A DNA stretch of 64,000 bases from Lama guanicoe (Eukaryota). The stretch spans positions 434,001 through 498,000 of the forward strand of contig MU053472.1 in the NCBI GenBank assembly GCA_013239625.1, given 5' to 3'. Under the pieces are notes generated by a model. It did not search any database, had not been told where the DNA came from, and worked only from the letters and a program-made list of their open reading frames with translations. Both the position numbers and the translations under genes were made by a program. Below, in pieces: positions 11,558 through 25,500 of the stretch (position 1 is the stretch's first letter; every line of letters starts with the position of its first letter).

Positions 11558-14500
11558 TTTTTTCAATTTTTCTTGTTTTGGTAAAATATATGTAACAAAA
11601 ATTTACCATTTTAACCATTTAAATGTGTTAAATACATTCATAATGCTGTGCAACTATCACTACTGTCCATCTCCAGAGTTTTTTTCATTTTCTAAAACTG
11701 AACCTCTATACCCTTTAAACAATAAGTTTTCATTTTTTCCTCCCCCGCCCCCAACAACCACCATTCCACTTTCTATCTATGATTTCCACTATTCTAAGTA
11801 CCTCATGCAAGTAGAATCATACAGTATTTGCCTTTTTGTGACTGACTTATTTCATCTAGTTTAATGTCCTTAAGGTTTATTCACGTTGTAGCACATTGCT
11901 TTTTAGAGCTGAGTAATATTTTATTGTATGTATATATCACATTTTACTTATGCTTTCATTCATCAATGCATGCTTGGGTTTTTTCCAGATTTTGGCTATT
12001 ATGAATAATGCTATTATGAACATGGGTATACAAATATGTCTTTGAGATCCTCTGTTCAATTCTCTTGGGTATATATCCAGAAGTAGAATTGCTGGAGCAC
12101 ATGATAATTCTATTTGTAATTTTTTGAGGAAACTCCATCCTGTTTCCCACAGCAGCTGTACCAATTTACATTCCCACCAATAGTACCCCAAAGGTTCCGA
12201 TTTCTCCACATCCTTACCAATGCTTGTTTTCTGGTTTTTTGATAGCAGTCATCCTGATTACTGTGGAGTGGTATCCCATTGTAGTTTTGATTTGTATTTC
12301 CCTAATGATTAGTAATGTTGAGCATATTGATGTGCTTATTGGCTTTTCATATATCTTCTTGGGAGAAATGTCTATTCAAATCCTTTTCCCCATTTTTAAA
12401 TTGTGTTTTTTGTTGTTGAGTTTTAGGGGTTCTTTCTATATTTTGGATATTAATCCCTTATCAGATATATGATTTTTAAATATCTTCACACACTCTTGGG
12501 GTTGCCTTTTTACTCTGTTGATAGTGTCTTTTGATGTGCAGGCTCTTTTTTAATTTTCAAAAAGTCCAATTTGTCTATTTTTTCTTTTGTTACCTGTGCT
12601 CTTGGTGTCATATCTATGAAATCTTTGCCAAATCTGATGTCTTGAAGATTTTGTCCTATGTTTTCTTCTAAGAGTTTTGTTGTTTTAGGTCTTACATTTA
12701 GGCCCTTGATCCATTTAAGTTAATTTTTGTATATGGTGTTAGGTAAGTGTCCAACTTCATTTGTTTGCATATGGGAGAGATCCAGTTTTCATAGCACCTT
12801 TTTTTGGAAAGACAGTCCTTTCCCCATTAAGTGGTCTTGGCCATCTTGTCAAATATTATTTGACCATATATATGAGGGGTTATTTCTGGGATCTCTGTTG
12901 TTTTCCATTGGTCTTTATGTTTATCTTTATGCCAGTACCACATGGTTTTGATTACTATAGCTTTGTAGCGGGTCTTGAAGTCAGGAAGTATGATTCCTCT
13001 ATTTCGTTGTTTTTCAAGATTTTTTTTTTTTTTGGCTATTCAGGATCCCTTGAGATTCTGTATGAATTTTAGGATGAGTTTTTCTGTTTCTGCAAAAAAT
13101 GTCATTGGGTTTTTGATAGAAAGTACATTGAATTTGTAGATCACATTGGACAGTATTGACATTTTAACAATATTAAGTCTTCCAATCCATGAACATGGCA
13201 TGTGTTTCCTTTTATTTATGTCTTCTTTAATTTCTTTCAGCAATGTTTTAGAGTTTTCATTGTACAAGTCTTTCACCTCCTTGGTTAAATAAGTTAATTC
13301 CTACATATTTTATTCTTTTTGATGCTATTGTAAATGGACTTGTTCTTATAATTTCCTTTTCAGATCGTTCATTGTTAGCATATAGAAATGCAACTAATTT
13401 TTGTGTGTCAACTTTGTATCCTGCCACTTTGCTGAGTGTATTTATTAGTGCTAACAATTTTTTGTATTTTTTTTTTTTGGTGTGTGTAGAATCTTTAGAG
13501 ATTTTTACATGTAAGATCATATCACCTACAAACATAATTTTACATCTTCCTTTCCAATTTGGATGTCTTTTACTTTTTTTCCCCCTTACCTAGTTGCTCT
13601 GACTATAACTTCTATGTTGAATAGAAGTTGTAAAAGTGAATATCCTTGCCGTATTTATGATCTTAGAGGAAAGCTTTGTCTTTCACCATTGAATATGATG
13701 TTTGCTGTGGAATTTTTATATATGACCTTTATTGTGTGAGGAAGTTTCATTCTACTTCTAGTTTGTTAAGTGTGTTTTTTATCATGAAAGTGTATTAAAT
13801 TTTGTCAAATGCTTTTTTTGCATCAATTGAGATGATCATGTGGGTTTTTTTCCTTCATTCTGGTGATGTGGTGTATTACATTGGTGGATTTATGTATGTT
13901 GAATCATTGTATTCTAGGAATCCAGCAGAATCTTTGTGTCCCAGATGCTCATGGTGTATAATCTGTTTAATATACTGCTGAATTCTGTTTGCTAGTTTTT
14001 TGTTGAGGTTGTTCATAAGAAATATTAGTCTTTACTTTTCCTTCCTTATGATGTCTTTGCTTTGGTATCAGAATAACTCATAGAATGAATTAGGAAGTGT
14101 TTACTTTTCAACTTTTTTGAAAAGTTTAAGAAGAATTGATATTAGTTCTTCTTTAAATGTTTGATAGAATTGACCAGGGAAGCTGTCAGATTCAGGGCTT
14201 TTCTTTGCTGGGAGATTACTGATCTCTTTACTAGTTACAAGTCTATTCAGATTTTTTTCTTTGTGATTTAGTCTTGATATGTTTTGTGTTTCTAGTAATT
14301 TGCCCATTTCATCTAAGTTATCCAACTTGTTGACATACAGCTATTCATAGTACTCTCTTACAATTCTTTTCCTTTCTGTAGAATCAGTAATAATGTGCCC
14401 ACTTTCATTTCTGATTTTAGTGATTTGAGTCTTCTTATTTTCATAGTCTGTCTAGTTAAAGGTTTGTCAGTTTTGTTAAAGAACCAACTTTTGGTTTCAT

Positions 14501-14605
14501 TGATTTTTCTCTATTGTTTTTCTAATCTCTATTTCATTTCTCTCTCCTCTAATCTTTTTTATTTCCTTCCTTCTGCTGGCTTTGGGTTTAGTTTGTTCTT
14601 TTTCT

Positions 14606-16138
14606 TCTCTAGATCAATCCATGTTGCTGCAAATGGCATTACTTCATTCTTTTTAATGGCTGAGTAATATTTCATTATACACACACACACACACACACAG
14701 ACACACATACATACATATATATATATATAAAACATTTTTATCCAGTTATCTGTTGATAGACATTTAGGTTGCTTCCATGTCTTTGCTATTATAAATAGTG
14801 CTGCTATGAACATTGGGGTGCATGTATCTTTTTAGTTAAGAGTTTTCTCTGGGTATATGCCCAGGAGTCAAGTTGCTGGATCATAGGGTAGGTCTATTTT
14901 AAGTTTTTTAAGGAATCTCCATACTGTTTTCCACAGTGACTGCGCCAAACTACATTCGAACTACACCAACAGTGTAGGAAATTTCCCTTTCTTCATTTTC
15001 ACATCCTCTCCACCATTTATCATTTGTGGACTTTTGATGATGGGCATTCTGGCTGGTATGAGGTGACACCTCATTGTAGTTTTGATTTGCATTTCTCTGA
15101 TAATTAGTGATATTAAGCATTTTTTTCATGTGCCTTTGGCCATTTGTATGTCTTTATTGGAGAAATGTTTGTTTAGGTCTTCTGCCCATTTTTTAAAAAA
15201 TTTTATTGATTTATAATCATTTTACAATGTTGTGTCAGATTCTAGTGTTGAGCACAATTTTTCAGTCATACATGGACATATACACAGTCATTATCAAATT
15301 TTTTCCTTTGTGATTCTCTGTGCTATATAGTATAATCTTGTTTATCTAGTCTACAATTTTGAAATCCCAGTCTATCCCTTCCCTCCTCCACCCCCCTGGC
15401 AACCATAAGTCTGTATTCTCTGTCTATGAGTCTATTTCTGTCCTGTATTTATGCTTTGTTTGTTTGTTTGTTTTTGTTTTTGTTTTTTAGATTCCACATA
15501 TGAGCGATCTCATATGGTATTTTTCTTTCTCCTTCTGGCTTACTTCACTTAAAATGACATTCTCCAGAAGCATCCATGTTGCTGCAAATGGCATTATGTT
15601 GTCGGTTTTTATGGCTGAGTAGTATTCCATTGTATAAATATACCACATCTTCTTTATCCAGTTGCCTGTTGAAAGTTGCCTGTGACATTTAGGCTGTTTC
15701 CATGTTTTTGCTATTGTAAATAGTGCTGCTATGAACATTGGGGTGCAGGTGTCATCCTGAAGTAGGGGTCCTTCTGGATAAAAGCCCAGGAGTGGGATTC
15801 CTGGGTCATACGGTAAGTCTATTCCTAGTCTTTTGAAGAATCTCCACACTGTTTTCCACAGTGTCTGCACCAAAGACTTCTGCCCATTTTTTGATTGGAT
15901 TATTTGTTTTTCTGTTATTGAGTTGTATGAGCTTTTTATATATCCTGGAAATTAAGCCCTTGTCAGTCCTATAGTTTGCAAATATTTTCTCCCATTCTGT
16001 AGGTTGTCTTTTCGTTTTATTTATGGTTTCCTTTGCTGTGCAAAAGCTTATAAGTTTAATTAGGTCCCATTTATTTATTTTTGCTTTTATTTCTATTGCC
16101 TGGGTAGACTACCCTAGGAGAACATTGCTAAGATTTAC
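14606..16138 (-). mobile_element. Younger L1 ORF2 3' fragment inserted in the old L1
   Basis: MFIAALFIIAKTWKQPKC frame; internal (CA)n(TA)n at ~14679-14729; host ORF2 resumes at ~16139. Confidence 0.8.
15195..15876 (-). mobile_element. Young lineage-specific L1, 5'-truncated
   Basis: Perfect 16-bp TSD cttctgcccatttttt at 15179-15194 and 15877-15892; 128-aa open ORF2 C-terminal frame (15487-15873). Confidence 0.92.
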
Positions 16139-19100
16139 TTTTCTTGTTTTTTAATGTAAATGTTTATAGCGCTAAAGTTCCCCCTTTAGTTCTACTTTCA
16201 TTGCATCCTATGAGTTTTGATATGTTGTGTTTTCCTTCATTTTTAGATATTTTCTAATTTTCTTTCTGACTTCTCTTTTGATCCATTGATTGTTTAAAAG
16301 TGTGTTGTTTAATTTCCACAATTTTTTTCTAGTTTTCCTTCTGTTGTTAGTTTCTAGATTCATCCTGTTGAGGGCAGAGAAGATACTTTGTGTGACATCT
16401 ATCTTTTTAGATCTATTGAGACTTAATTTCTGGTGTACAGCATAATAGTTCAGTCATACATATACATACATATATTTGTTTTCATATTCTTTTTCATTAT
16501 AGGTTACTACATCTCTGGCAATGTCTTAATTTCTCCTTCTGCTTTAAAGGACAGCTTTGCCAGAAATAGGATTCTTGGTTGACAGCTTTTTCTTTTAGCA
16601 CTTTAACTAATACTGGCCCACTGCCTTCTGGCCTCTGAAGTTTCTGATGAGACATCTACTTAGTCTTACAGTGTTTCTTGTATGTGATGAGTTATTTTTC
16701 TCTCGCTGCTTTCAGGATTTTCTCTTTGTCTTTTGACTTTTGAAAGTTTGATTATAATGTGTGTCTGTGTGGGTCTCTTTGAGCTCATCTCACTTGGAAT
16801 TCATTAAGCTTTTTTGATGTTTATATTCATGTCTTTCCTCAAACTAGGGGTTTTCAGACATCATTTCTTCAAATATTCTTTTTGTCCTTTTCTCCTTTTT
16901 TGAGACTCTCACAATGGTCTGCTTGACAGTGCCCCACAACTCCCTTATTCTCTGCTCACTTTTATTCAGTCTTTTTTTCCTTCTGTTCCTCAGAGCTGAT
17001 GATTACCGTGTCCCATCTTAAAGTTGCAGATTATTTCTTCTGCTTGCTCATATCTGCCTTTGAATCTCTTAGCAAATTTTTCATTTCATTTATTGTACTT
17101 TTCATCTCCAGAATTTCTTTTTCATTTCTTTTTAGGTTTTCTATCTCTGTATTGATGTTTCCATTTTATTCAGACATTGTTTTCTTTTCTCCCCATCTTC
17201 CTTTAGTTCTTTGAGCATCTTTTAGACAGTCGTTTTGACTTGGCTAGTATATTTGCCGTCAGGTATTTTTTAAGGACAGTTTTTGTTGGTTTAATTTTTT
17301 CCTTTGAAAGGGCTGTACTTGCCTCTTTCTTTGTATCCTTTGTTGAGAACCAGACATTTGAATCTAGTAATGTGATAACTCTGGAGATCACATTATCTTC
17401 CTTCCCAGAATTTGATTTTTTTTTATTGTCAGTTTTGTTTTTCTTGACTGTTGTGGGCCGTCCCTGTGCTGAAGGTCAGCCTGAGGTATAAACCATAGGT
17501 CTCCTCAAGTCTTTTCTGAGTCTTTCCCTGGGCGTTCTCAGTCACATTCTAATATTTCCCTGTATATGCAGTAGTTTTTGAATGTACTAGTGTTTAGTAT
17601 CTGGTTTACAAAAGGGGAAAAAAACAAAATGAAGGGGACATAAAAAGGCACTTGTCCTTTAAGTTCCCTGGACATCACTTCAGCTGAAGGAGGAGGGACT
17701 TACAACAACTAGAGGAGGTACAACAATTATGGCTGCCTGCCTGCCTCTTTGTCCACACCTCTGTAATCAGAAGCAGCCATCAGAGCACAGATGCCCAGTA
17801 TTTGGAGGATGTGGTTGTTTTTGCCTACCCTGGCTCCTGCGAACTGTATGTGAGGTGCTCTAGGAACATGTACACAATGGTCTGCCATTGGCTAGGGGTG
17901 ATGGATTGGTAGATGCTACTGTGCCAAGAGATGAAATTGACCAGTATCAACCACAACTAACTTTCAAAGTCGGCCCCTGGAAGTTGTAAGCTTTCAATAG
18001 ATTCCAGAGTTCCAAAATATTTATATCAGACAGATTATGCCAGTGCAGTTATTGTCTAGGTAGGGAGACAAATTCCTAGTGCTTCCTATTCCACCATCTT
18101 CCCAGAATCCTCTTCTGTCAGGTGATTTTTTTTTTAAATGACTACAGGGATATCCTGTTTTTGAACAGTCTTTTAACCAATGGTTTTAACATACATTTGT
18201 GATCCTTGCCTGTATCAATTATTGCATTGGTGTTTGTAAAATGAAATATATTTTCTAAGTGCTTCATTCTAGGACATAGTTATTTTGAGATTTTTGCTGT
18301 CTAAAAATATCTTTATCCTCACAGTTAGTTGATTGGATCTAGAATTTTAGGTTGGAAATAATTTTCCTTCAGAATTTTAAATGAAGCTTGAAGGTAATGG
18401 AACAATACCAAGTTTATTGAATTATTGTATTAAATATATCTTGCATTCTGTTTTGTTCTGTTCTCACTTTGGGCACCTAGTCTTAATATATTGATCCTTT
18501 TGAACAGGTTCTCTAATATTCTTATCCTTTCTCTCCTATTGTGCATCTTCTTGTCTTTTAATTTTGATTTGTGAGTTTTCTCTCCTTTGTCTTCTAACTC
18601 TTGTATTGAGTGTTTTCATTTCTGTGATTGCATTTTTAACTTCTAAGAACTCTTCCTTGTTCTTTATGTTTCTTTAAAAAATATCCCATTGTGTTTCATG
18701 TATGTAGTGTCTTCTTTTAGTTCTCTCAGGATAATGACAGTCCTTTAGAATTAAAATTTTTAAAAATTTATTTGAATTTAAAAGTGACGTTAGACTTACA
18801 GGAAAGTTCCAAAGATAGTATACAAAGTTCCTGCATACTTTTCACCAAGCTTCCCTCAAGGTTAATATCTTACATAGCCACAGTACCTTCGTCAAAACTA
18901 AGCAGTTAACATTGCTTCAATGCTATTAACTAAACCATATTCAGATTTCCCCAGGTTTAAAAAAATTTTATTTTACTGACGTGTTTTTTTGTTCCAGAAT
19001 CATTAATCTAGTATACCACATTGTATTTAGTGGCATTGTCTCCTTAGTCTCCCCCGACCTTGACAATTTTGAAGAGGACTATTTAAGTATTTTGTAGAAT

Positions 19101-21195
19101 GTCCTTTAAATCAAATTTGTCTGATGTTTTCTCATGATTATACTAGGCTTATGGGTTTGTTTGTTTTTTAAATACTGCAAAAATGAGGTTGCTATCCTTG
19201 CCCTCTCTTCCCCTAATTTTGAATGTTTTATTCTTTTCTTCAAGAAAACAATCTCTTCAAAGTGCATTTTTTTCTACAGGTAATTATTATTGTTTTTAAA
19301 AATTCTTTCATGTTGTAGGTTTTTCTCAGACATACAGTAATCCATAATTAACTACTAAAACTTAAGACAGGTGTTTGAAAAGCTGATTCAAGATTATGAA
19401 AATGTGAGTGGGCCTTGTTAACTACTAATTTCACTTTAGGGTGATGTGGTTGGGCAATCTTAATTAGGGAACTCATATGTTACTACTTGAGGCTTTTTTT
19501 CATTGGTCCAGTTGGATTCTGCAAAGAGAGATCCTTCGGTTTCCCTACTGGAGGGTAAAAACTGGAGGAAGAAGTCTGGAAGTTCTTACTCCATATGTTT
19601 ACTTAATCTCTCCCTTTTCAATATGGTGCCCTCCCCTTTACTGTTGCTATCCTGCAGCCTAGAAACCCTCTGTTTAACCCTCTCCAGAGAATAAATCTTC
19701 AGTCTCTCATCAAGATGGTAGAGTAGCAGGCACCTGGCTTTCCTAGTTGGAAAGAAAATCTAAGGATTTGAAGCTTTTGAAGCAAAATTTCAGCCAATCC
19801 TCTTTATAGTTCCATCTTTCACTTCCAATTCCAATTTCACTTTCCACTTCCAATTCCTGAACATTTTGGAGATCCTATGATATAAATTGTATTGATTCTA
19901 AGTTTACCACAAACGGCTTGTGATTCAGTTTTCTTGGGTTTGCATAGTCATTTATCACTCTTCTATCTGCCTTCCAAGAGAATTATCTTGTTGCTGTCTC
20001 CCTTGACTTATTTTTTTTGAGGGGATGGCTTTTTGTGGATTATGCCTTTAAAAAATTCCTTTACTTTTGTTTTTGTGGAATTTTATGCAGGAGCAAAAAT
20101 AGATACATGTTCAACCTACACCATCTTTATCCAGAAGTTTAGCAAGACTTCTCTAAAGATTTCTTGAAAGGTACAGAAGTTTGCACAGGCTTTCTCCTTG
20201 ATTAATATTCTATATCCCTGGACTGAGAAATAAGGAATAGGACAGATAAGTCTACCATGTTATTTTCTCTGACCGTTATCCCCTAAAGAAATACATTCCA
20301 GTTTTACCAAAAAATCCAAGAAGTCTCCAGCTGGCTTTTGAAGGAAATGACCTCATTCGTGCAGCTATACAGATCTAGTATTTCTCATAAGTCATCATGT
20401 TCTACCGCCTACGTCTTTATTCAGTGGATTCTTCTATATGGAATGCTCCTTCCTCTCCTCCTTGCTTTTCTCCCCGGTTCTTCTCTGCTAATGCTGTCCC
20501 ACTTCAGAAAGTCTTCTTTGATCCCTGTCCTCACCATTACCACCTACAGGTTTGGATGATGTTCTTTTCTCGTATGTTTCCACACCTAGCAATTATTACA
20601 CTACTGTAATTGTTTGTTTAGGTGTCCATAGCCACTTAGCCAGGGACCAAACCTTACTTATCTTTGGATAAGCATCATTTATCTCACTAGTTGGAACACA
20701 AGTGCTTGTTATTTTAAAATTTAAAACTTGTAGGAAAATAAAGTACAACTTAAAAAAACTGTATAACTCTCTTAAAGATAGTGAATTAGTATCAAAATCC
20801 ATTTAAAAGTCCATCAATAAAATGACAAAAATGAAAAGGCAAATTCAGTGGTTCTTACTGAAAAAATTTCAATGATGTTACTATGACTTAAAAGGCAAAG
20901 ATATGTTGTATTAGGTTGGATACTTTTATAAGTGGCTGTGAAAACCAATTGCTCCCCCTTTATTAGAATTACTTGGAAAATATAGTGTCATTTGAGTTCA
21001 AGGAGAACATGTTAACTGAGTTTGGTAAATCCTGTTCTCTTTTATTTAGAGAAATATCTGAATGAAATGCAAGTTGACTCTTAAGTGCATTAGCTATAAT
21101 TAGCTTTACTGCATTTTTCAGGAACATGGGGTACAGTTTAGAAGCCTTCTGCAGATATTTTCAAGAGTCCCTGAATAAAAGTTTAAGGACACATA

Positions 21196-21449
21196 TGGTT
21201 TATCTTTGAACAAAAGGGTTTTAAACTGCAGGGGTCCACTTATACATGGATTTGTTTTCTGTAGTAAATACTGCAGTTAGTACAGGAACTGCAGTTGGTG
21301 GGATCCATGGAAGCCAAGTCTTGGATTTGGAGGAACCATGCATATGGAGGAACCCCAAATGTGGAGGGCCTACTCCAAGTTATACACAGCTTTCTACTGC
21401 ACAGGGGGTCAGCACCCCTAACCCCTGTTGTCGTTCAAGGGTCAATTAG
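21196..21449. mobile_element. MER8-like Tigger (Tc1/mariner) non-autonomous element
   Basis: Degenerate terminal inverted repeats (ttatctttgaaca...gttcaagggtcaat) and the ggtccacttatacatgga core. Confidence 0.75.
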
Positions 21450-21751
21450 ATGTATTTTTAAGTAAGAAAATCTGACATTACCAATATTTGATATAGTGAA
21501 GGAAATGTTTATTTGGCTAAGCAGAATATTCTACAGCTGCATCTGGGGAAAGGTCTTGTTTTAGAGTTGATCAGACAGCAGCTGTATGAACCTTCCCTGG
21601 AGTCTACTCCATTTGTTGTCCACTTAGAAAGTCTTAGCCTAATTCATGGCAAGACTTTAGGGACCCCAAACTTGTATGCAAGCAAAACTTTGTGTAAGGG
21701 TGAATTTTTGTCAAGAAAGGGCTCATAACTTTTTCTTTTTTTTTTTTGCAT

Positions 21752-21985
21752 ATGTGGTACTATCGATGAACCAACACGGGCACATTATTGTCAACCAAAG
21801 TCCATAGTTTACATTAGGGTCTTGATGTTGTACATTCTATGGGTTTTGACAAATGCATAATGGCATGCAGCCACCACTATAGTATCATACAGAATAATTT
21901 CATTGCCCTAAAAATCCCTTGTGCTCCATCTATTCATTTCACCCCTCCCTCCCGCTCCCCCAACAAGCCACTGGAAACCACCATC
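21752..21985 (-). mobile_element. Old L1 3' UTR fragment (L1MC/MB-like)
   Basis: aaagtccatagtttacattaggg..gttgtacattctatgggttttgacaaatg; the reverse complement resembles 30280-30345. Confidence 0.7.
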
Positions 21986-22365
21986 TAAGAAAGGGTCCAT
22001 AGCTTTTATCAGACGTGACCTAAGAAAATTTAAGAGCCATTGGTTTAGGTACTTAACCCACTGTGCTTGCTTGAGGGTGTAAAGTGGAGGGGGCAGGAGA
22101 GTGAGTATTAATTGTGGCTTTAAGACTAAATTTTGATACAACTCACAGTAACATGTCATTGGCATCATGACATACGTATAATTGATACAGAAATTTATAC
22201 AGCATATTAATACTTATAAAGTATGTTGCATTCTTACCATTTTCTACTTTATTTAAATTGTTTCTGTAGGTACTCAGATGTTTGTTGAATGAAAGATACT
22301 TTAAATGCTGTAGTGCTTTACAATTTTCAAAAGTTTCACACACATGATTTCATATAATCCCATAA

Positions 22366-24168
22366 TAACCCTTTTTTCCCCTCCTACCCCTAAATTGCCC
22401 CACCCTCCTTCCCTCTCTCCACTGGTAACCACTAGTTTGTTCTCTCTATCTATGTCTGCTTCTTTTTTATTTTATTTACTAGCTTGTTATATTTTTTTAG
22501 ATTCCACATATACGTAATAGCATATGGTATTTGTCTTGCCCTGTCTGACTGACTTCAACTTAGCATAATGCCCTCCAGATCCATCCATGTTGCTGCAAAT
22601 GGCAAAAATTCCATTCCTTCTTTATGGCCGAGTAGTATTCCATTGTGTGTGTGTGTGTGTGTACACACACACACCATATCTTCTTTATCCACTCATCTGT
22701 TGATGGACATTGCTTCCATACCTTGGTAATTATAAATAATGTGGCTGTGAACATTGGGTACATGTATCTTTTCAAATTAATGTTTTTGTTTTTTTCAGGT
22801 ATGTACCTAGGAGTGGCATTGCTGGGTCATATGGTAGTTCTGTTTTTAGTTTTTTAGAAACTGTCCATACTGTTTTCCACAGTGGCTGCACCAATTTATA
22901 TTCCCACCAACAGTGTATGAGGGGGTTTCTTTTCTCCAACATTTGTTATTTATGTTCTTGATAATAGCCTTCCTGACAGGTGTGTGGTATATATCTCATA
23001 GTGGTTTTGATTTGCATTTCCCTGATGATTAGCAATGGATGTTGAGTATCTTTTCATGTGCCTATTGGCTATCTGCATTTCCTCTTTGGAAAAATGTCTG
23101 TTCATTTCTTCTGCCCATCTTTTAAGTGGGTTGTTTGTTTTTTTGATGTTGAATTGTATTAGTTGTTTATGTATGTTGGATAATAACCCCTTATTGGTCA
23201 TATCATTTACAAATATTTTCTTTCATACAGTAGGTTGTCTTTTCATTTTGTTGATGATTTCCTTTGCTGTGCAGAAAGCTTTTAAGTTCAGTTAGGTCCC
23301 ATTTGTTTACTTTTGCTTTTATTTCTTTTGCTTTAGGAGATAGATCCTAGAAAACATCACTGCAATTTATGTCAAAGAGTGTTCTGCCTATGTTTTCCTC
23401 TAGGAGTTTTATAGTATCTGGTCTTACATTTAAATCTTTTATTTTTGAATGTGGTATTACAGAATGTTAGAGATGCCACCAGAAAACTATTAGTCAATTA
23501 TTCTGAATTCAGTAAAGTTGCAGGATACAAAATTAACATATAGAAATCTGTTGCATTTCTATACACTAACAACAAAATATCAGAAAGAGAAATTGCATCA
23601 AAAAGAATAAAATACCTAGGAATAAACCTACCTATGGAGGTAAAAGACCTGTACTTGAAAACTATAAGACACTGATGAAAGAAATTGAAGATGACACAAA
23701 CAGGAAGAAAGATATATATACTGTGTTCTTGGATTGGAAGAATGAATGTTTCAAAATGATTGTACTACCCGAGGGACTCTGCAGGTTTGGTGCAATCCCT
23801 ATTAAAATACCAATGATATTTTTCATAGAACTAGAATGGATAATTTTAAAATTTGTATGGAAGCACAAGAGACCCTGAGTAGCCAAGGCAATCTTAAAGA
23901 AAAACATAGCTGGATAAAAACACTCCCTAACTTCAGATTATACTATGAAGTTATAGTAATCGAGACAGTATGGTACTGGCACAAAAACAGACACATAGAT
24001 CAATGGTACAGAAGAGAGAGCCCAGAAATAAACCCCACACACTTATGGTCAGTTAATCTATGACAAAGGAGGCAAGAATATACAATAAAGAAAAGAGTCT
24101 CTTCAATAAATGGTGATGGGAAAACTGGACAACTATACATTAAAGAATGAAATTAGAATATTCTCTAT
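22366..24168. mobile_element. 5'-inverted L1 (22366-23468 minus, 23469-24168 plus)
   Basis: ORF2 fragments on both strands, with an orientation switch at ~23468. Confidence 0.88.
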
Positions 24169-25453
24169 TTATCTTTTAATATGTTGGTTGTAACCCACTG
24201 AATTGATTTCTTAATATTCTGCTTGTTGGTAACCCATAGTTTGAAAAACACTGGTCTAGCGCATCATAGTTTACAAAACCCTTTCATGTATTCTCAGACC
24301 TCCCAGCAGTCCCATGAGGTATATATGACCTCTTTTTAGTTTTACAGATGAAGTGACTCTTTTTAGTTTTACAGTGACATTAAGTGACTTGTTCAAGGTT
24401 GTGCTGCCAATACTTGGCAGAGTCAGAGTGTGATCTTGGTCCTAGGTTTTAACTCCAGCTCCACTGGCATCTTTGGTTACATCCCATCCGGACTACTTAC
24501 TTTTTCCTTCCTCTTCTCCCTTCACTACCACAGTTGAAGGGAATAATACTAGTTCAGACTGTACAGTTGGGTAAATCCTAATTTGCCAGTTGGCATACCT
24601 GCACTGTGTCCAGCCCTATTGCTTGTCACTTGGGGTCCTCTCTTAGAAATTCTGGATTTCCCTATCTGTGTAAAGAGATTCTTCCCTTCTGTTTTCTTCT
24701 CCACCCTAGACCAATGGTTTTCAAGCCTGGATTTATGAGAGGTTCAATCAATTGTCGAACTTAATATTCAGACTTCTGGGTCTCTAGGAGATGGATTCTG
24801 ATTCAGAAGATCTGGGATGGAGGTTAGATATGTTTTTTAAAAAGCTCCACAGGTGATTGTTACACATAGCCAAAATAAAGAATGTCTACTCTGAGTACAT
24901 TAAAATTGCTGAGCACATGAGGAAACCCAGGATTTGGGAAGTAGCTAAGAGATTCCTTGGTCCCTTAGAGTTTAGGGACTTTAATAATGAGAGATTTGTC
25001 CTCTCCCTGGCTCCCAACCCTTGTGGGTGGGTATAACCATTTGGAAACATAATCAGAGCCTGACTGAGTTGTAGAGAATCTGATGGTTCTCTTCTCCCCA
25101 TTGCCTCCTTTTTTGATGAAATATTGGAAATCATAAGGTTAGAGTGTGTGCATCAAAGTATGCAATTGGAAAATGCACCTTGTAAAATGGTAAGCTTGGG
25201 TCGTTGTTTAATGCTTTCATGAATAATAAAGTCTTTGTAATAACAAAGTCTTTTGATTTACAGATTAAAACAAGTAATAGTTAAACAACTGAACTTGAAG
25301 TATACTTCAAGTTAAATAGTATGTTTGACTAGAAAAATGATATTTTGAGTATAATTAGTTTCACACTATGGTGAGAAAAACCAGGAACTGATAAAATTTG
25401 GGTTTCTTAAAAAAAGAGCATAATACTTCACATTTCTCTCTTTCTCTCTTTAG

Positions 25454-25500
25454 TTCTTTTTGGAGGTGGATATCTGCTCAGACGATAAGAATTATAAGAG
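25454..25500 (+). CDS. ACACA: ACACA 47-nt exon 4 (5' UTR in PII transcripts; coding in the long PI isoform: SFWRWISAQTIRIIR)
   Basis: Polypyrimidine tract + AG at 25452-25453, donor GAG|GTCAGT, length 47 nt. Translation resembles the human long-isoform N-terminus (SFWKWISTQTVRIIR, from recall) and is in frame with exon 5. Confidence 0.9.

Larger units (their letters stand above)
11558..18116 (-). mobile_element. Old near-full-length L1 (3' UTR, ORF2, ORF1 and 5' UTR remnants) with nested younger L1 pieces
   Basis: Minus-strand ORF fragments match L1 ORF2 ([52 protein letters not shown]). ORF1-like at ~16512-17400. 5' end reads GAGGATTCTGGGAAGATGG. Flanked by gtgattttttt on both sides. Confidence 0.85.

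Noticed and set aside
11625..17491. Numerous 60-128 aa ORFs
   Set aside because: Fragments of decayed L1 ORF1/ORF2 or their antisense shadows; no intact autonomous element.
22651..22674. Perfect 24-bp palindrome (GT)6(AC)6
   Set aside because: Microsatellite expansion at a slippage-prone L1 site that is also expanded at ~14679-14729.
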